Source: Patescibacteria group bacterium
Lineage (GTDB): Bacteria; Patescibacteriota; Patescibacteriia; UBA1558; UBA10009
Reading direction: 5' to 3'
Assembly: GCA_041662565.1 (NCBI GenBank)
Contig: JBAZSE010000001.1
Coordinates: 257,084-321,083 of the forward strand
Length of the DNA: 64,000 nt
The translations under genes were made by a program, and so were the position numbers. This document shows, in pieces, positions 63,769 through 64,000 of this stretch (positions within the stretch are counted from its first letter, which is position 1; each line of letters opens with the position of its first letter). Under the pieces are notes generated by a model. The model was not told where the DNA came from. It saw only the letters and a list, made by a program, of their open reading frames with translations, and made no database searches.

Positions 63769-64000
63769 TTATTTACTAATAATAACTTTTAATCTTTGAG
63801 GCAGAATTTCTGCCTCTATTTTATTAACACGAACTTCTTCTCCGTCCAGTTGGATTATTTTTCCAGCCAAACAGCTTGCTTCAATTTTAATTTGTTTGGC
63901 TTTATGCCAAAAAAGATAAGGGATGAATTTTTTATTCAGCCAGGAAAAAAAAGCGATCATAAAAAATGACCAAACCGAACTGTTTTTAGTTACCATAACT
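63769..64000 (-). CDS. hypothetical protein, C-terminal part (gene start outside window)
   Basis: Minus-strand ORF running to the window edge. Confidence 0.25.
   Translation of the reverse strand, partial: VMVTKNSSVWSFFMIAFFSWLNKKFIPYLFWHKAKQIKIEASCLAGKIIQLDGEEVRVNKIEAEILPQRLKVIISK

Overview
This is a low-GC (~37%) bacterial chromosome segment. Gene size, content and intergenic style resemble Candidate Phyla Radiation (Patescibacteria) lineages; this is an inference from composition and gene content, not a database result. Conserved housekeeping blocks are present: rplO-secY-adk-map-ruvX, rplU, dnaB-ybaB-recR, ppsA, dnaG-rpoD, greA, typA, topA-rpmB-hup, an ECF sigma factor, and a MacAB-type ABC efflux system. 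Between these blocks lie several compositionally atypical insertions, and these hold the most interesting content. (1) A strong candidate RiPP locus: a near-consensus promoter, a 60-aa Cys/Asp-rich precursor-like peptide, a stem-loop, a radical-SAM/SPASM maturase and a class I methyltransferase, inside an AT-rich island that also carries a HicB/HicA-like pair and ends at tRNA-Lys(UUU). (2) A tRNA (most likely Asn-GUU) split by a ~550-nt group I intron, with recognisable R/S core elements, that encodes an HNH homing endonuclease. (3) After that tRNA, a nested array of 70-bp direct repeats and tRNA-3-prime-end-like 20-mers brackets an MFS gene and a GHKL-ATPase plus STAS-like gene pair. (4) A LysW-carrier biosynthesis operon, lysW-lysX-lysY-lysZ-[class II GATase/Ntn hydrolase]-lysJ. 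It lacks an M20 LysK/ArgE, and the Ntn hydrolase sits in the LysK position. (5) The conserved secY-adk junction is interrupted by three reverse-strand genes: a GC-rich cupin gene, an unknown ORF, and a TrpR/YerC-like gene with a trp-operator-like palindrome. (6) A duplicated 67-bp promoter/palindrome module drives two small GC-rich ORFs, next to a T9SS-C-terminal-domain beta-propeller protein and tRNA-Ser(GGA). (7) A highly structured GC-rich leader, a riboswitch candidate, precedes a YhhQ queuosine-precursor transporter. No CRISPR array was seen.
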